The notes under the pieces: model-generated
Databases searched by the model: none
What the model saw: the letters and a program-made list of their open reading frames with translations, nothing else
What the model was told of the DNA's origin: nothing
In this document: piece after piece, positions 1 to 11,307 of the stretch
Layout of the letters: each line of letters begins with the position of its first letter
How positions within the stretch are numbered: position 1 is the stretch's first letter
Translations under genes and position numbers: made by a program
Source: Chloroflexota bacterium
Lineage (GTDB): Bacteria; Chloroflexota; Anaerolineae; Anaerolineales; UBA4823
Assembly (NCBI GenBank): GCA_040752025.1
Contig: JBFMFR010000019.1
Coordinates: 1 to 64,000, forward strand
Direction: 5' to 3'
Length of the DNA: 64,000 bases

Positions 1-83
1 TCCTCCTGCAAGCGGGCAACTTCGGCCTCGAGAAAGCCCAGTTGTTTGAGCAAGACTTCTATTTCCAACGCTTGTTCAGCCAT
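1..83 (-). CDS. N-terminal fragment of a coiled-coil protein (gene runs off the window; start codon at 83)
   Basis: Reverse strand from 83 reads MAEQALEIEVLLKQLGFLEAEVARLQEE with no stop before the window edge. Heptad-like pattern; function unknown. Confidence 0.3.
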   Translation of the reverse strand, partial: MAEQALEIEVLLKQLGFLEAEVARLQE

Positions 84-359
84 GCTTATAGTTTAGCAAA
101 TTTCTGGTAAGATGGGTAGGTAGTTACTCGAATTCAGTGTTCTCAGCCGCCAATGTTTGGATGGTTACATCCCAAGCATTGCAGCCTTGGAACGTGAGAC
201 CTTGGCTTGGGAAACAGAACGCAACAATAGTGAAGCCACTGTCGAATGGCGCTTCACAACCGCTGATGCTCGTATCAAGCTCAAGAAACTCTATCCGATC
301 ATCCATCTCAATCAGAATGTTAAAGAATTACCACTTATCAAAGCATGATTGACAGAGTA

Positions 360-3300
360 CTAGGCAACCTGCGAACCTCCATAATCTCCCAGTTGTTCCA
401 GCTTCTCCCGCACTTGCTGTAATAATTCGTCCAGTTCAAAGGGCTTGTTCAAACAAACCAGCGCATTCTTTTCTAGAAATTGGCGCGTACCTGCGCTCAC
501 CGAGTCTCCAGTGGAAAAAACGACTCGCTGGGTCAGTTCAGGGTAGATTAATTCCAGCATTTGATAGAATTCTAGGCCGCTCATTTCAGGCATACGAATA
601 TCACACAGAATCAATGCATAATGATCATTTTTCAACAGCTCCAGCCCGACCATCGCATTGTTTACTGCCTCCACCAGGAAACCTTCCTGCTCCAAAATTC
701 GTTTCAGAACCTCTAACACACCCGGTTCGTCGTCGATAACCAGGATACGCGCAACCTGGCGCTCCGGGTCTATTTTCTTTTCCTCGGCGGTGGTTGAAAA
801 CAATAGACCATGTATCTCTATTTCCTCTGGCAGGATCAGGGGCAACTCGATATAAAAAGTAGTCCCCTGCCCAATCTCACTCTCTGCCCAGATGTGCCCA
901 CCATGCTCGCTGACAATCCCATGACAAATAGACAAACCCAGGCCTGTACCCTGCCCAGGGGGTTTGGTGGTAAAGAATGGATCGAAAATCGTCGCGAGCG
1001 TCTCTGGTGCGATTCCCGGTCCATTATCCCGAAATCGGATGCGGACCATCGGCGACTTATCCGCTTGAGCTATCCCAAAGATCGATAAGCCCAGTTCCGT
1101 TGTAACCAACAATCGCCCGGCTTGCCCGGACTGCCCATGCATGGCTTGCCAGGCATTGGTAATAATATTGACAAAGACTTGCTGTAACTGGTGAGGGTCC
1201 GCCATCGTATACGGCAAGTCGACAGCAAACTTTGTCTCAACCTGGATATTGTGAGTTCGCAATTCGTATCCCAGAAGTTCCAAAGCGCCCTGCAAAACGC
1301 TATTGATCTGGACCGGTTTGCGTTCCGCCGGGCGCTGGCGAGCGAATTCCAATAGACCACGCACAATCCGGCTGGCTCGTTGCGCCTCCGTTACAATTCG
1401 GTCCAAATCTCGATTGAAACGAATATCAGCAGATTGAGCCTGTAGCAGTTGAGCAAACAGCACGACAGAGGTCAACGGGTTATTGAGCTCGTGCGCCACC
1501 CCAGCTACCAGTTCACCAATCGCCGCCAGTTTTTCGCTCTGCACCAATCGCGCCTGAGTTCTCTGCAGCGTGGTATACTGCGCTTCAAGGTTCTCGTGTA
1601 ATTCAGAGCGATACATCGCATTCGCCACAATATCGCCGATCGCTACCAGCAAGTTCAACTCAGCCTCACTGATCTCGGTATTTCTTCCAATCCACAAACC
1701 TCCCATCAGCCGCTTGTCAGCGATCAATGGAGCTCCTGCGACACACTGCATCCCCAAGATAGGTTGCAGGTCAGTCTCTTGGGCAATAATTTCGCCCTCC
1801 AGGTGCAACGCGTTATTATCTAAATAGGGTTGGTCGAATCTGATTTTCCCAGCTTCACTTTCCTCCCCAAACAGAAACGCTTTGCCCGAAAACTGATCCC
1901 ACGCACCCATCCCGACCTCGAAAACAAAACCATCATGCCCGGTATCTTTGGTAATGAATGCCGCTCCCTCAGCATCGAAAAGCGATAACAGTTGCTCCAA
2001 CACGACTGAGGGGATATCTGCCCGAGTTCTGACTACGCGCATAGCTGCCGATACTTGCGCCAATGCCTCCATTTCCTCCGCTCGCTTGCGCGTCTCCTCC
2101 AGTAACCTTAAGCGCGCGATCGCCAACGCGATCAAACTAGCCGCCTGTTCACACCGCTGAACTTCTGCCTGGCTAAACGCATGGGTTTGACGGAAACCAA
2201 ACAGAACCGCCCCCAACTTTTGTCCACCTGCTTGTAAAGGGACTCCCAGCAAAGAACGGGATGGATATAGCGCCGCGATCTTCGGATCTAAATGAGGTGA
2301 GTTGAATACATCCTCAGCGATCAAAGCCTGCCCTGCATTCAGCACCGCAGCCGTCATTGAGCGTTCGCCAGCAGTTGTCTTGGCGATCCGGTAAGCTTCT
2401 CGCGCTTCTCCTGAAGCGGCCAACGGAATCGACCTCTGTTGGGCGTCATCCCAGCCCGTAATGTAGCACTCGTCTGCGTTAATCAACTTAGCCAAACGAT
2501 CAGATAGCGCCTGTATTACAATCATCAGGTTTTGGGAAGCCAGGGAAACTTGGGCAATCTCGTTCAGAGCTTGCAAAAACTCATGCCGCTCTCTCAATTC
2601 TTGCTCTGCTCTTCTGCGTTGACTGATATCCAATGCCGTGAAAGTCACACCAGCCGCTAGATCAGATGGATCCAGAGGCGTTGAGCTAAGCAAGACGTAC
2701 AAAATCGCCCCATCCCGATGCTGCCAGCGTGTTTCTACGGTTCCTGTTCCGCGCATCTGAATCTGGTCATATTTTTCGCGCCCCACAAAGTCAAAATCCT
2801 CATCCGATGGATATAGCACACGTGCGCTCTTCCCTACCAATTCTTCTTGGGTGAAGCCCACCATCTCGCAGATCCGTTGGTTAACCTGCTGCAAGACTCG
2901 ATTCTGAACCAGGCCGATCCCCACTGGCGCCACCCGGAAAATACTGCTCAAAGACGCTTCTCGCTCGCGTAATGCCAGTTCTGCCTGCTGCCGTCGAATC
3001 GCTGCCCCCAGGATACTGGCTGCTGCCCGCAGCGTCTCGATCTCCACAGATAACCATTCGCGCTCGTACCGGCATTCATCCAACCCAACGAAACCCCACC
3101 AGGTTAAACCTACCTTTACAGGCACAATCAAGATCGACTGGATATTCTGACCAGCGAGCAATTCCTGCTCGCCCAGCGGGAGACTGGCCACCGGTCCGGC
3201 AACTACCTCACCATGTGCGAGGATTTGTTCCCAGCGCGCCATCCCTGCAGCTTGATAGGGAACACCTTGCAAACTCGGGTTATCGATCTGCGCTTCAATT

Positions 3301-6300
3301 CCAGCCGCCGCCCATTCGTAGATCTGGTTGGAGCACAACTGCCCGTCCGAATTGAGCATGTTCTCGAAAACATACACCCGGCTGGCATCCGCTGCTTGCC
3401 CCAGGCGCTCCAATACCTCCTGAACAACATCCTGCAAAACACCCTCGCTCAAAAACCGCTCCGCCGCGAAGCTTACAGCTTCCAAAATACGGTCACGTCG
3501 GTCCAGGGCAGCTTGGGTACGTTGACGTTCTCCTAATTCATTCTGTGTAGATTGGTATAAACGGGCGTTTTCCAGAGCGGTCGCCACCTGTCCCGCCACA
3601 GTTTCCATCACCATTACATCATTATCATCAAATGCGCCTGCTTCAGAGCTTTGCACATCCAGCACACCCAAAACCTGTTCCCCCAATCTCACCGGTACAC
3701 TCAATTCAGAACGCGCCTCGGGCACTTCGGGATATAAGTGCACATAATGTTCTTCCGCGGCCACATCATTAGCCAACAAACTGTGCGCATGCGCCGCTAC
3801 CCAGCCCACCATACCCTGTTCCATCGCCAGGGCATGGTTCTCGGGATACAGCGCGGCCCGTTCCCCCACCATCACCTTCGCCTCCAGCATATTATTCGCA
3901 TGATTTAGCAAAAATATCCCCACGTGCTGGTAGCCAAAACGCTCCTGGATCAAGTTAGCTGCCCGACCAACCACTTCGGACGGCGCCAGTAGCGCTGCAA
4001 TCTGTCTACCCACATCGTTGAGCAGCGCCAGTTGCGCAACGCGCTTCTTCATCGACTCTTCCGCCCGTTTGCGATCTGTAATATCCAGCGCAGCTCCATA
4101 AAAATGCACCGGCTTGCCATGATCGTCAAGGACAACCCGTACCTGGTCGTGCAAATAGCGAACTGCGCCATCCGGGCGAACAATCCGGAATTCGATATCA
4201 AACGGTTCGCCTTGTTCGCGAGCCAGGCTTATCGTCCGAGCCAATTTCTCCCGGTCATCCGGATGTACCAGGCTGTGCATTGTCTCAAAAGAAGGTTCAC
4301 CATCCAGGTAGCCCATAATCTCCCGCATCTGTTGTGACCACCTCACTTGGCCACTGCGCGAATCCCAATCATAGCTACCCAATTTAGCTATCTCTTGAGC
4401 CAGGCTCAAACCCGCCTGACTTTGCCGCAAGGCGGCTTCCGCTTGCAATCGTACGATACTGCCCCCAATATGTGCTGCAATAGCCTCCAGAGCATTGCGC
4501 GTGCTGGGGGGGAAATCATCGTGAGTGTGTGAAGCCAGGTTGAAACAAGCAATGACCCGGTCTTCATGCAGCACCGGGATCCCAGTCAATACTTTTAGGG
4601 CCTCATTTTCGCGTACACCACCTTCCGCCTCTGGAAAAGCCTCTGAATATTTTTTATAGTAAGGCCTACCAGCTTTAATCAGTTCTGCCTGAGGCGTATC
4701 TGCCTCGAAGCAATGGACAGCTTGCACAAATTCATCGGTAAAACCACGGTGAGAAATCAGATCTATCCCCCCACTCTCTTGATTGACAAGATATACCCCG
4801 CCGCTATCAACCCCCTCGTATTCTAGCGCCGTCTCCAGGGCTCGATCCAAAGCCTCTGTCAAACTGCGCGCCGAACCAACCGCTACCGCCAGATCCCGCT
4901 CGATTTGCAATGCTGCCTCCGCCAGCTTGCGCTCTGTAATATCTAGCATCACCCCGCGCAGGCCAGTTGCCTGATCCGCCTCAACCACCACTGTTACCAC
5001 ATCTCGGAACCACAAAGTTTGTCCATCAGCAGAGATCATGCGATACTCGAACTCGTAATTTCGCATTTCCTCCACTGCCTGATGTGAATAGGCCGGTGCC
5101 CATTCTCGATCATCCGGATGCATATGCGTTTGCCAAAAATCTGGATCCTGAGCCCATAGATCCACCGGGTAACCCAGAAGGCGCTCTGCCTGGCGGTTGA
5201 CAAAAGTATATCCTGGGCGGCGCAAGTCGATTTCCCATACAATTCCTTCGATCGTATTGACCAGGTCATCCAACACCTGGCGAGCTTGTTGTTGCCCAAT
5301 TGCAGTTCCAAACATCCGTGCAGCCGTACGTAAAGCATCCACTTCAGCATCCATCCAGGTTCGCCCCTGTGTACAATCATCAAAACCCATAATCCCCCAA
5401 CAACGTCCTCCCACAAAAATTGGCACGGCCAGGAAAGAAGTAATATCCAGTGCAGACAGGATTTCTTGCACCCAGGCTGGAAATTCAGATGTGTAACCAA
5501 TTATTGGCTGCCCGGCCATTATCACATTGAACCAATGCTTCAACTCCGCTGCTGACAAAGGGATATCCCGCAACTGAAGGCCTTCCACCTGCGTTGCAAT
5601 CCCGGGCGCAGCCCACTGGAAACGCTGGCTGGTGAATTGTGCGCCAGTCGGATCGACGCGGTTTTCAAAGACATGTACCCGACTGGCCCCAGCTGCCTCA
5701 CCCAGGATTGCCAATACCTGTGTGATCTCGCTAGTCCAATCCGCCTCGCGCAAAAAACGCTCAGCAGCCAGGTTGATCGCCTGCAAGATCACATCTCTAC
5801 GCAGCAAAGCCTCTTCAGCCTGCACTGCTGCACTGACATTTTCAACAGTCGTCACCATGCCATCGATTTGGCCATCCTCATCAAACAAAGGCGCAGCATT
5901 GATCGACAGCAGCACTCGCCGTCCATCTGGCCACTGAATCGCATGCTTCACTTGCTGGACTGCCTGTCCTGAGCGCATTACCTTAACGAACGGTAACTCG
6001 TCATCCGGGAATGCACTCCCATCAAAGGCAGTTATTTGCCACCCAGGATCGTTATAGTCCCGATGACTGATCTCGTCTCGCTCCAATCCCAATACTTGTT
6101 CAGCGCGAGGGTTAGCAAAAACAATCTTTCCGGCTCGATCCAGGGTGACAATCCCCGCTGGGCTGGTTTCCATCACCTGCGCAATCAGGTCCCGCTCGCG
6201 CTGCAAAGCTTGCTCGGTCCTAACGCGTTCCGTGACATCCTGGAATATCGAAACCATCTTACCTGGGGAAGCTCGGAAAGCATGCACTTCAAAAGCGCCT

Positions 6301-6890
6301 GCTATTTGCCCCTCCTGATAGGTTATCTGGTCAGCTTTCCAACTCTCTCCCGACGAGGCCACCTTGCGATAATTTTCCGGCACCTCTAAGTCGACCAGCC
6401 CTGGAAAAGCTTCCTCAATTGTCTTACCTATGAATTGCCGGTTATCTACGCCCAGGATTTTGTCCGCTGCTGGGTTGGCTCCTTCGAACACCAGGCTCCC
6501 ATCTAACCGAAGCTCATATATGTGCATACCCAAAGGAACGGAATTCACAATGCTGCGGAATTTCTCTTCCGACTCTCGTAGCGCCTCTCCCATGCTGCGC
6601 AATTCTCTTTCCGCCAAGGTCAAATCCTGGAAATAATGGCGGATACGCCAGACACCGAGGAACATCAATAATGAGATAAACAATCCTAAGGCATCGAAAG
6701 AGACCGCGGCTTTAAATAAGTAGTCTCCACCTAAACTAAACAAAGACACAAAACGCCGGGCAGCCATCAGAGCCATACCCACCGCGATCAACACCCAGGC
6801 CACCCTGCGGCCTGTCAACGGGATCAATTGCAAGGCCAGAAATGCCGCCCCAAGTTGTAGAACGATAGAAAGCAAAATTAACAACACCAT
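360..6890 (-). CDS. Multi-sensor hybrid histidine kinase (N-terminal TM region, multiple PAS and GAF domains, HisKA, HATPase_c, C-terminal receiver)
   Basis: 2176-aa ORF. H-box HELNNPLTS, ATPase motifs DNGPGI and [12 protein letters not shown]-terminal receiver [10 protein letters not shown]...[12 protein letters not shown]. Repeated PAS/GAF blocks. Confidence 0.9.
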   Translation of the reverse strand: MVLLILLSIVLQLGAAFLALQLIPLTGRRVAWVLIAVGMALMAARRFVSLFSLGGDYLFKAAVSFDALGLFISLLMFLGVWRIRHYFQDLTLAERELRSMGEALRESEEKFRSIVNSVPLGMHIYELRLDGSLVFEGANPAADKILGVDNRQFIGKTIEEAFPGLVDLEVPENYRKVASSGESWKADQITYQEGQIAGAFEVHAFRASPGKMVSIFQDVTERVRTEQALQRERDLIAQVMETSPAGIVTLDRAGKIVFANPRAEQVLGLERDEISHRDYNDPGWQITAFDGSAFPDDELPFVKVMRSGQAVQQVKHAIQWPDGRRVLLSINAAPLFDEDGQIDGMVTTVENVSAAVQAEEALLRRDVILQAINLAAERFLREADWTSEITQVLAILGEAAGASRVHVFENRVDPTGAQFTSQRFQWAAPGIATQVEGLQLRDIPLSAAELKHWFNVIMAGQPIIGYTSEFPAWVQEILSALDITSFLAVPIFVGGRCWGIMGFDDCTQGRTWMDAEVDALRTAARMFGTAIGQQQARQVLDDLVNTIEGIVWEIDLRRPGYTFVNRQAERLLGYPVDLWAQDPDFWQTHMHPDDREWAPAYSHQAVEEMRNYEFEYRMISADGQTLWFRDVVTVVVEADQATGLRGVMLDITERKLAEAALQIERDLAVAVGSARSLTEALDRALETALEYEGVDSGGVYLVNQESGGIDLISHRGFTDEFVQAVHCFEADTPQAELIKAGRPYYKKYSEAFPEAEGGVRENEALKVLTGIPVLHEDRVIACFNLASHTHDDFPPSTRNALEAIAAHIGGSIVRLQAEAALRQSQAGLSLAQEIAKLGSYDWDSRSGQVRWSQQMREIMGYLDGEPSFETMHSLVHPDDREKLARTISLAREQGEPFDIEFRIVRPDGAVRYLHDQVRVVLDDHGKPVHFYGAALDITDRKRAEESMKKRVAQLALLNDVGRQIAALLAPSEVVGRAANLIQERFGYQHVGIFLLNHANNMLEAKVMVGERAALYPENHALAMEQGMVGWVAAHAHSLLANDVAAEEHYVHLYPEVPEARSELSVPVRLGEQVLGVLDVQSSEAGAFDDNDVMVMETVAGQVATALENARLYQSTQNELGERQRTQAALDRRDRILEAVSFAAERFLSEGVLQDVVQEVLERLGQAADASRVYVFENMLNSDGQLCSNQIYEWAAAGIEAQIDNPSLQGVPYQAAGMARWEQILAHGEVVAGPVASLPLGEQELLAGQNIQSILIVPVKVGLTWWGFVGLDECRYEREWLSVEIETLRAAASILGAAIRRQQAELALREREASLSSIFRVAPVGIGLVQNRVLQQVNQRICEMVGFTQEELVGKSARVLYPSDEDFDFVGREKYDQIQMRGTGTVETRWQHRDGAILYVLLSSTPLDPSDLAAGVTFTALDISQRRRAEQELRERHEFLQALNEIAQVSLASQNLMIVIQALSDRLAKLINADECYITGWDDAQQRSIPLAASGEAREAYRIAKTTAGERSMTAAVLNAGQALIAEDVFNSPHLDPKIAALYPSRSLLGVPLQAGGQKLGAVLFGFRQTHAFSQAEVQRCEQAASLIALAIARLRLLEETRKRAEEMEALAQVSAAMRVVRTRADIPSVVLEQLLSLFDAEGAAFITKDTGHDGFVFEVGMGAWDQFSGKAFLFGEESEAGKIRFDQPYLDNNALHLEGEIIAQETDLQPILGMQCVAGAPLIADKRLMGGLWIGRNTEISEAELNLLVAIGDIVANAMYRSELHENLEAQYTTLQRTQARLVQSEKLAAIGELVAGVAHELNNPLTSVVLFAQLLQAQSADIRFNRDLDRIVTEAQRASRIVRGLLEFARQRPAERKPVQINSVLQGALELLGYELRTHNIQVETKFAVDLPYTMADPHQLQQVFVNIITNAWQAMHGQSGQAGRLLVTTELGLSIFGIAQADKSPMVRIRFRDNGPGIAPETLATIFDPFFTTKPPGQGTGLGLSICHGIVSEHGGHIWAESEIGQGTTFYIELPLILPEEIEIHGLLFSTTAEEKKIDPERQVARILVIDDEPGVLEVLKRILEQEGFLVEAVNNAMVGLELLKNDHYALILCDIRMPEMSGLEFYQMLELIYPELTQRVVFSTGDSVSAGTRQFLEKNALVCLNKPFELDELLQQVREKLEQLGDYGGSQVA

Positions 6891-7044
6891 CGCAGCATTA
6901 CCTCCTGCCTGACAAATACCTGGCTTGCCCAGACAACGCCATAAGAAAAAAGCACCATTTTAGTTTAGCATATTCTGGCATGTTGTGCACCTGCCTTCAA
7001 AATCATTCGGTGCGACATCATCGATTCTGCAACACAGTTTGATG

Positions 7045-7050
7045 TATAAT
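7045..7050 (+). promoter_or_regulatory. TATAAT -10-like hexamer in the divergent intergenic region upstream of nfeD
   Basis: gatgTATAATg seen in sequence, about 165 nt upstream of the 7215 start. No good -35, so weak. Confidence 0.25.
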
Positions 7051-7134
7051 GATTCTACATGATCCGAGAGCAAGGTGCTTCAGCCTGAGGGTTTCGCTAA
7101 TCTCCTAAGATATTATGAGTTGCACTATCCATAG

Positions 7135-7146
7135 ATTGTATACAAT
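7135..7146. promoter_or_regulatory. Perfect 12-bp palindrome ATTGTATACAAT, candidate operator upstream of the nfeD-flotillin-pspA operon
   Basis: Exact dyad symmetry seen in sequence 70 nt upstream of the nfeD start codon. Confidence 0.3.
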
Positions 7147-7214
7147 CCAATCAACAATATTCGAAACGCCCCACAGCCTGCACTTGCTCGCCAAGTTTGC
7201 GTTGAGGGATACCT

Positions 7215-8036
7215 ATGATCGAAATCTGGAATTCTATCTCCACCTGGTATAACCTGCCCTTTACACTGCTGATCGCCATGGGCCTGATGCTTTCCGCCCT
7301 GCAATTAATCGGCCTGGGTGGCGACCAGGACAGTGAAAGTGATCTGGATCACGAAGTCGATCTACAGCATGACGTAGATCTAGATCACGATCTGGATTTG
7401 GATCATGATCTGGATTTGGATCATGAACTCGACCTTTCCCACGACATCGACGCCGATCACGATCTGGAGTTGGGACACGATTTGGAACACGACATCGATC
7501 ACGATTTCGAACAAGATCTTTCCCATGATATAGATGCTGGGGCATCATTTCTGAATCTAATGGCCTTCCTGGGCGTTGGCAAAGTGCCCCTGATGGTTGT
7601 ATTGTTAATCTTCTTCTACTCAATCGGTATGTTGGGCTGGCTGCTGAATGGTTTAGTGCGCTCGATTTTCAATGTGTATCCTGGTGCAATCTTCGCAGGC
7701 ATATTGCCGGCTGCTGTGATCGTTGGCAGCCTGATCACTTCACGCGCAACGCGCTTCATCGGGCAGGTTCTTCCTCCGATCAGCACCACCGCAACGCGCG
7801 CCCAGGGATTGGTAGGCCGGCGCGGCAAAGTGACCAGCCCTTTCGTGGACGATAAATACGGTCTGGTACATATACGCGACTCAGGCGGTACGCTCATCAG
7901 CATTTTTGTGGTCTCTCAGGACGAAGAACCAATTCCGCGAGGCGAAGAAATCCTGTTGTTATCCTATCAAGCCGAACAAAAACGTTATCTGGTAACACGC
8001 GCCAACCCCAATTTACCACCGGCGCATCAACTGTAG
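7215..8036 (+). CDS. NfeD-like membrane protein (YuaF-like short form) with C-terminal OB-fold domain and an unusual Asp/His-rich repeat insert
   Basis: Several TM segments. C-terminal GRRGKVTSPFVDDKYGLVHIRDSGG...ILLLSYQAEQKRYLVTRA resembles the NfeD beta-barrel. Lies immediately upstream of a flotillin gene, the classic NfeD-SPFH pairing. Confidence 0.65.
   Translation: MIEIWNSISTWYNLPFTLLIAMGLMLSALQLIGLGGDQDSESDLDHEVDLQHDVDLDHDLDLDHDLDLDHELDLSHDIDADHDLELGHDLEHDIDHDFEQDLSHDIDAGASFLNLMAFLGVGKVPLMVVLLIFFYSIGMLGWLLNGLVRSIFNVYPGAIFAGILPAAVIVGSLITSRATRFIGQVLPPISTTATRAQGLVGRRGKVTSPFVDDKYGLVHIRDSGGTLISIFVVSQDEEPIPRGEEILLLSYQAEQKRYLVTRANPNLPPAHQL
7341..7537 (+). repeat. In-frame imperfect tandem repeat (about 18-nt unit gatcacgatctggatttg) encoding DLDHDLDLDHDLDLDHELDL...
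   Basis: Seen in sequence: at least 10 consecutive D-x-D-H/H-D-L-D units (DLDHEVDLQHDVDLDHDLDLDHDLDLDHELDLSHDIDADHDLELGHDLEHDIDHDFEQDLSHDIDAG) inside the NfeD-like CDS. Confidence 0.75.
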
Positions 8037-8074
8037 TGAAAACTACACATCAACAATAGAGAAGGAGTGCCACA

Positions 8075-10147
8075 ATGGACAGCATATTCTCATTCAGCCT
8101 TCTGTTCGGGGTTTTGCTGCTCTTTCTGGTGTTCCTGGTATTCATCAGGACCATCTTGAAAGCATACGTAAAGACCCCCGCCAACCGGGCATTTGTCCGC
8201 ACGGGAGGCTTCAGCCCGCTGGGGCAACGCACGCCCTCGCCTCCCAAGGTTGTTATGAATGGTGGAGCCTGGGTGTTCCGCACTTTCCACGAAATTACCT
8301 GGGTAGACCTGGGAACCATGGCGATTGAAATCGAACGCACCGAAAATAACGCCCTGGTAACCATCGACCCTCAATATGCGGACATCAAAGCCATCTTTTA
8401 CATCAAGGTCAATCCCACGGTGGAAGGCATCAGCGATGCCGCCAGGACGATCGGCAGCAAACAAGTTGATGCCGAAGCCGTCAAGCAACTCGTCGATGCC
8501 AAGCTGGATGGCGCCCTGCGCGACGTAGCCGCATCTTTCAGCCTGATGAGCCTGCACCAGGAGCGCGAGAAATTCATCCAGGAAGTACAGAATCGGTTGA
8601 AGACGGACCTGGAAGAAAATGGCTTGGTATTGGAAGCAGTTGCGATCCTGACCCTGAAAGCTGCCCGCCAGGGCTCCTTCGGCACCGATGATGTCTTCGG
8701 CGCCCAGGTGGCCCGCGCTAATGCTCAAGTAATCCAGAAGGCCCTGAAAGAACGCAACGATATCGAACGCCAAACGGAAATCGAAATCAAACAACGCGAC
8801 ACCGAAACCGCCAAGCTTCGCCTGGATCTGGATCGCGACGTTGCCCTGGCTACCGCTGCACAAGACCGCGAGATCCGCTCTGTGCAAGCCGAACAAAAAG
8901 CCCAGGCTGAACAAAGTGAGTTCGAGCAAATGCAAAAGTCCGAGGCCGCCCGCGTGACCAAGGAACGTTCCGTTGCGCTGATGGAAATCGAGCGCGACCA
9001 GCAGGTTGCTATCCAGAACGAGCGCAAACAGCAGGAAGTCATGGCCACCGAGGTAACACGCCGGCAGGCCATCGAACTGGCCGAACAACAGCGCCAGATT
9101 GTTGTCACGCAGGAACAGCAGAAACGCGAGAACGCTGAAAAAGAGCGCATGGTTGTTTCCGCCGCTCGTGAAGAAGCTGCCCAGGCCGTGATCACCGTAC
9201 AGGCCACACAGGAAGCCCAACGTGAAGCCAAGATCAAAGTGATCGAAGCTGAGCGCGAGGCCCAAAAAGCAATGATCGAGCAGAAGAACCGCATCGAGCT
9301 CGAAGCGCTCCGCAAACAGCGCGAGGCTGAAGCCCAGGCTAAAGCCATGAAAGAAATCGCCAATGCCGAAGCCGAGGCTGCTCTCAAGCAGGCCGAAACC
9401 CTGCGCACACAGGCCAAGGCCGAGGCAGAAGCCGGGAAATTGCATGCCGAGGCCTCCAAAGCCAAAGAATCTGCCACCGGCCTGGCCGAAGCGGAGATCA
9501 TGCGCGCCAAAGCCGAAGCCGCCATGCGCGAAGCTGAAGCAATACGCGCCAAGGGCCTCGCCGAAGCAGAATCCGAAAAAGCCAAAGCTGAAGCCCTGGC
9601 AGCCTTCGATGGCGTCGCTCAAAGAGTGGAAGTGCTCAAACTGCAGCTCGATGCACAGATTCGCATCGAAATCGCTAAAGCCCAGGCTCTCGGTCAGGCA
9701 TTGGCCTCTATGGATCTCAAGTTGATCGGCGACCCGAACGCCGCCGCCACGCTGCTGCGCATGGTAACCCTGGCCGATGGTATCGGTGAAGTTCTCAAAG
9801 CTGCCCCACAGCCCGTGCGCGAGGCTGGCCAACAGCTCATCAATAAGCTCACAGGCGATAGCACAGGTAGCGGGTTGGTGGATATCGCCCCACAGGAACA
9901 ACAGTCTGGCCGCTCACTTCCCGAACTGGCCCAGCTCCTGCCCGAGTTGATCCAACTGATCGATGCACATCTGGACATCGAAAAGCTCAAAGGCAAGTCG
10001 GTTGGCGAAGCCCTGGAAGCCCTCTCTCGAAAGGTGAGCGAAAAAGATCGCCCCACCGTCAAGAAAGCTCAAGATGCTTTCGCCGTTCTGCCGATCTTGA
10101 ATGATCTCCCCTTTGAAGATCTTTACCTGCGAGCGACAACCAAATAG
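8075..10147 (+). CDS. Flotillin-like SPFH/Band-7 protein (YqiK/FloT type) with long Ala/Glu/Lys-rich coiled-coil tail
   Basis: 690 aa. N-terminal TM then SPFH-like region, followed by extended EA-repeat coiled coil (AEAEAALKQAETLRTQAKAEAEAGK...), typical of flotillins. RBS AAGGAG before the ATG. Follows the NfeD gene. Confidence 0.85.
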   Translation: MDSIFSFSLLFGVLLLFLVFLVFIRTILKAYVKTPANRAFVRTGGFSPLGQRTPSPPKVVMNGGAWVFRTFHEITWVDLGTMAIEIERTENNALVTIDPQYADIKAIFYIKVNPTVEGISDAARTIGSKQVDAEAVKQLVDAKLDGALRDVAASFSLMSLHQEREKFIQEVQNRLKTDLEENGLVLEAVAILTLKAARQGSFGTDDVFGAQVARANAQVIQKALKERNDIERQTEIEIKQRDTETAKLRLDLDRDVALATAAQDREIRSVQAEQKAQAEQSEFEQMQKSEAARVTKERSVALMEIERDQQVAIQNERKQQEVMATEVTRRQAIELAEQQRQIVVTQEQQKRENAEKERMVVSAAREEAAQAVITVQATQEAQREAKIKVIEAEREAQKAMIEQKNRIELEALRKQREAEAQAKAMKEIANAEAEAALKQAETLRTQAKAEAEAGKLHAEASKAKESATGLAEAEIMRAKAEAAMREAEAIRAKGLAEAESEKAKAEALAAFDGVAQRVEVLKLQLDAQIRIEIAKAQALGQALASMDLKLIGDPNAAATLLRMVTLADGIGEVLKAAPQPVREAGQQLINKLTGDSTGSGLVDIAPQEQQSGRSLPELAQLLPELIQLIDAHLDIEKLKGKSVGEALEALSRKVSEKDRPTVKKAQDAFAVLPILNDLPFEDLYLRATTK

Positions 10148-10166
10148 CGAACGGTATATTTCTGCC

Positions 10167-10793
10167 ATGAAATGGTCCCAGCGTCTGCGACTTGCACTCC
10201 AAACTTTCCTGAAAGATATTTTCAGTGAAGAAGTGGCGCCTGCCAATAACAGTACATCTATGCACGCTGCGGATGAACTCTTGAGCCAGGTGATCGCCAA
10301 AGCGCAGACTCGTCTGGATACCTTGCGTGTCGAGTTGGCCAATGCGCAGTCTCACCAAAAGCGCATTGAGCTTGACTGGCAGCAAACCCAGGCGCAAGCG
10401 CAGGCCATGAGCGACGCTGTGGACCATGCCCTACAAGCCGGGCAAGATGATTTAGCCCGTTACAAGCTGATACAAACACAGGCGCTTGAGAAGAGAGTAC
10501 AAGAACTCTACGAACTCAACCAGTCCTATGCACAATGGGTGAGCATGCTTCGAGAGGCTGTCTACACTCAACAAGCCAGGCTGGAAAGCACCCAACGCAA
10601 GGCGCATGACCTTCTTCACCGGGAGCGCAGCGCTGAAACCCTGGAAGAACTCTCCAACCTGCGTCGCGAATTGGATCGCCAAATGAACACACTTCAGACC
10701 GATTTGAGAGCGCGCCAGGAACAGCTCGAACGCCGTGAAGATCGCATTGCCGCCCGCCAAGAGATCAACCGCCGCAACGAGAGTCGAGAGTAG
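10167..10793 (+). CDS. pspA: PspA/IM30 (phage-shock protein A / Vipp1 / ESCRT-III-like) family protein, copy 1
   Basis: All-helical coiled-coil protein about 210 aa; profile similar to PspA (LDTLRVELANAQSHQKRIELDWQQTQAQAQAM...). Start chosen at MKWSQRLRLALQTFLKDIF (amphipathic N-helix); the upstream in-frame ATG at 10101 overlaps the flotillin 3' end. Confidence 0.7.
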   Translation: MKWSQRLRLALQTFLKDIFSEEVAPANNSTSMHAADELLSQVIAKAQTRLDTLRVELANAQSHQKRIELDWQQTQAQAQAMSDAVDHALQAGQDDLARYKLIQTQALEKRVQELYELNQSYAQWVSMLREAVYTQQARLESTQRKAHDLLHRERSAETLEELSNLRRELDRQMNTLQTDLRARQEQLERREDRIAARQEINRRNESRE

Positions 10794-10796
10794 CAC

Positions 10797-11270
10797 ATGG
10801 CCCTATCACCCGAACAACAACACGCCTTGGATGAACTGGTAAGCTATATACCCGAGCAAAAACCGGTTCAACCCGACTGGTTGAAGACCTGGTTGGGCTT
10901 GTCGAAGGAAGACGTGAAATCTGCTGTAAACTCTCTGCTGGCTGTCAAAGGCGAGTACGAGGGCAAATTCCTAGATTGGATTGAAGCCAGTCCACTGGAT
11001 GCAACCTTCGAGTTCATTGCTATCGCATCCTGGGCGTATTACCAGGTAGAAAAGGGAGATAACCCCAAAGTCAATACCTTTATTGATGCGTTTTACTATA
11101 TCTCTACCTGCGCATCAGTCGGATATGCCGATGTCTTCGCAGCTACGCAAACTGGGCGAGCCATCGCCTCGCTGGTCATGATCGTGGGTCCTTCCATTAC
11201 GAACCAGGCCCTGGCACGCCCGAAACGAAGCTGCGCGAACGATACCGCAGGACAACCAGAAATTTCATAA
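10797..11270 (+). CDS. Small two-TM potassium-channel-like pore protein (filter SVGYAD) with about 75-aa N-terminal soluble domain
   Basis: FIDAFYYISTCASVGYADVFAATQTGRAIASLVMIVG aligns with the KcsA pore helix/filter/inner helix (ALWWSVETATTVGYGDLYPVTLWGRCVAVVVMVAG). Start is 3 nt after the pspA-1 stop, so likely translationally coupled. Confidence 0.55.
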   Translation: MALSPEQQHALDELVSYIPEQKPVQPDWLKTWLGLSKEDVKSAVNSLLAVKGEYEGKFLDWIEASPLDATFEFIAIASWAYYQVEKGDNPKVNTFIDAFYYISTCASVGYADVFAATQTGRAIASLVMIVGPSITNQALARPKRSCANDTAGQPEIS

Positions 11271-11307
11271 ACCATGCCTATGTTTCAAATGGAAAGGAGA
11301 AAAAACC

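Noticed and set aside
124-352. Overlapping 60 to 71-aa ORFs on both strands downstream of the histidine kinase
   Set aside because: No RBS, mutually overlapping, no recognisable features. Treated as non-coding 3' region.
7341-7537. Possibility that the 18-nt tandem repeats are a CRISPR-like array
   Set aside because: Repeats are contiguous without spacers, maintain an open reading frame, and lie inside a membrane-protein CDS.
8090-9901. 603-aa minus-strand ORF (and 8725..9585, 286 aa) antisense to the flotillin gene
   Set aside because: Low-complexity translation (runs of G/F/L/A) produced by the complement of the GAA/GCC-rich coiled-coil coding region. The plus strand encodes a bona fide flotillin.
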